This document shows, piece by piece, positions 16,449 through 16,499 of a DNA stretch of 16,499 nt; position 1 is the first letter of the stretch; the number at the start of each line of letters is the position of its first letter. The DNA comes from an uncultured Candidatus Bathyarchaeia archaeon. Its GTDB lineage: Archaea > Thermoproteota > Bathyarchaeia > Bathyarchaeales > Bathycorpusculaceae. Location of the stretch: NCBI GenBank assembly GCA_964450845.1, contig CAYVGZ010000022.1, positions 1 through 16,499 of the forward strand, in the 5' to 3' direction. The notes beneath the pieces were generated by a model. It did no database searches. It saw only the letters and a program-made list of their open reading frames with translations, and was not told the DNA's origin. The position numbers and the translations under genes are program-made.

Positions 16449-16469
16449 CGTTGATGCTTTTGTATACAG
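16449..16469 (-). repeat. 21-bp dispersed repeat, copy 2 (inverted)
   Basis: Plus strand CGTTGATGCTTTTGTATACAG is the exact reverse complement of 8734-8754. Confidence 0.9.
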
Positions 16470-16499
16470 TTGCCTAAGACATGCTTGCTGGAAAGCGCT

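Noticed and set aside
8734-16469. Single intact transposon bounded by the 21-bp inverted repeats
   Set aside because: No transposase, no target-site duplication, and the interval contains tRNA-His; the repeats themselves are kept as a finding.
1-16499. CRISPR array or rRNA
   Set aside because: No regularly spaced direct repeats and no rRNA-like sequence seen.

Overview
Archaeal chromosomal window, probably TACK superphylum and most likely Bathyarchaeia (inferred from gene content and a non-canonical tRNA intron, not verified). Left part, minus strand: a partial DUF2099/'methanogenesis marker 8'-like gene, a DUF59 protein, split glycine decarboxylase gcvPA/gcvPB, a corrinoid adenosyltransferase and a membrane-anchored Ile-heptad coiled-coil surface protein. 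Middle, plus strand: the conserved aIF-2beta / DUF424 / aIF-1A / Rio1 / Dim2-type KH cluster, an orphan HExxE protein and a UPF0282 metallo-beta-lactamase-fold gene. Right part: a DUF523/TudS-like gene, a fused AAA+/vWA chelatase-like gene, tRNA-His(GTG), an MFS transporter, a decayed Nudix gene, YjbQ and a GNAT. Main items not shown in the ORF track: (1) a box C/D guide sRNA candidate at 8824-8894 whose D guide reads onto a tRNA-Leu(CAA) anticodon with the +5 rule landing on wobble C34; (2) a 31-nt BHB intron in the T-loop (58/59) of tRNA-His; (3) an exact 21-bp sequence present twice in inverted orientation 7.7 kb apart, both copies next to a TAG; (4) a Nudix pseudogene with three lesions.
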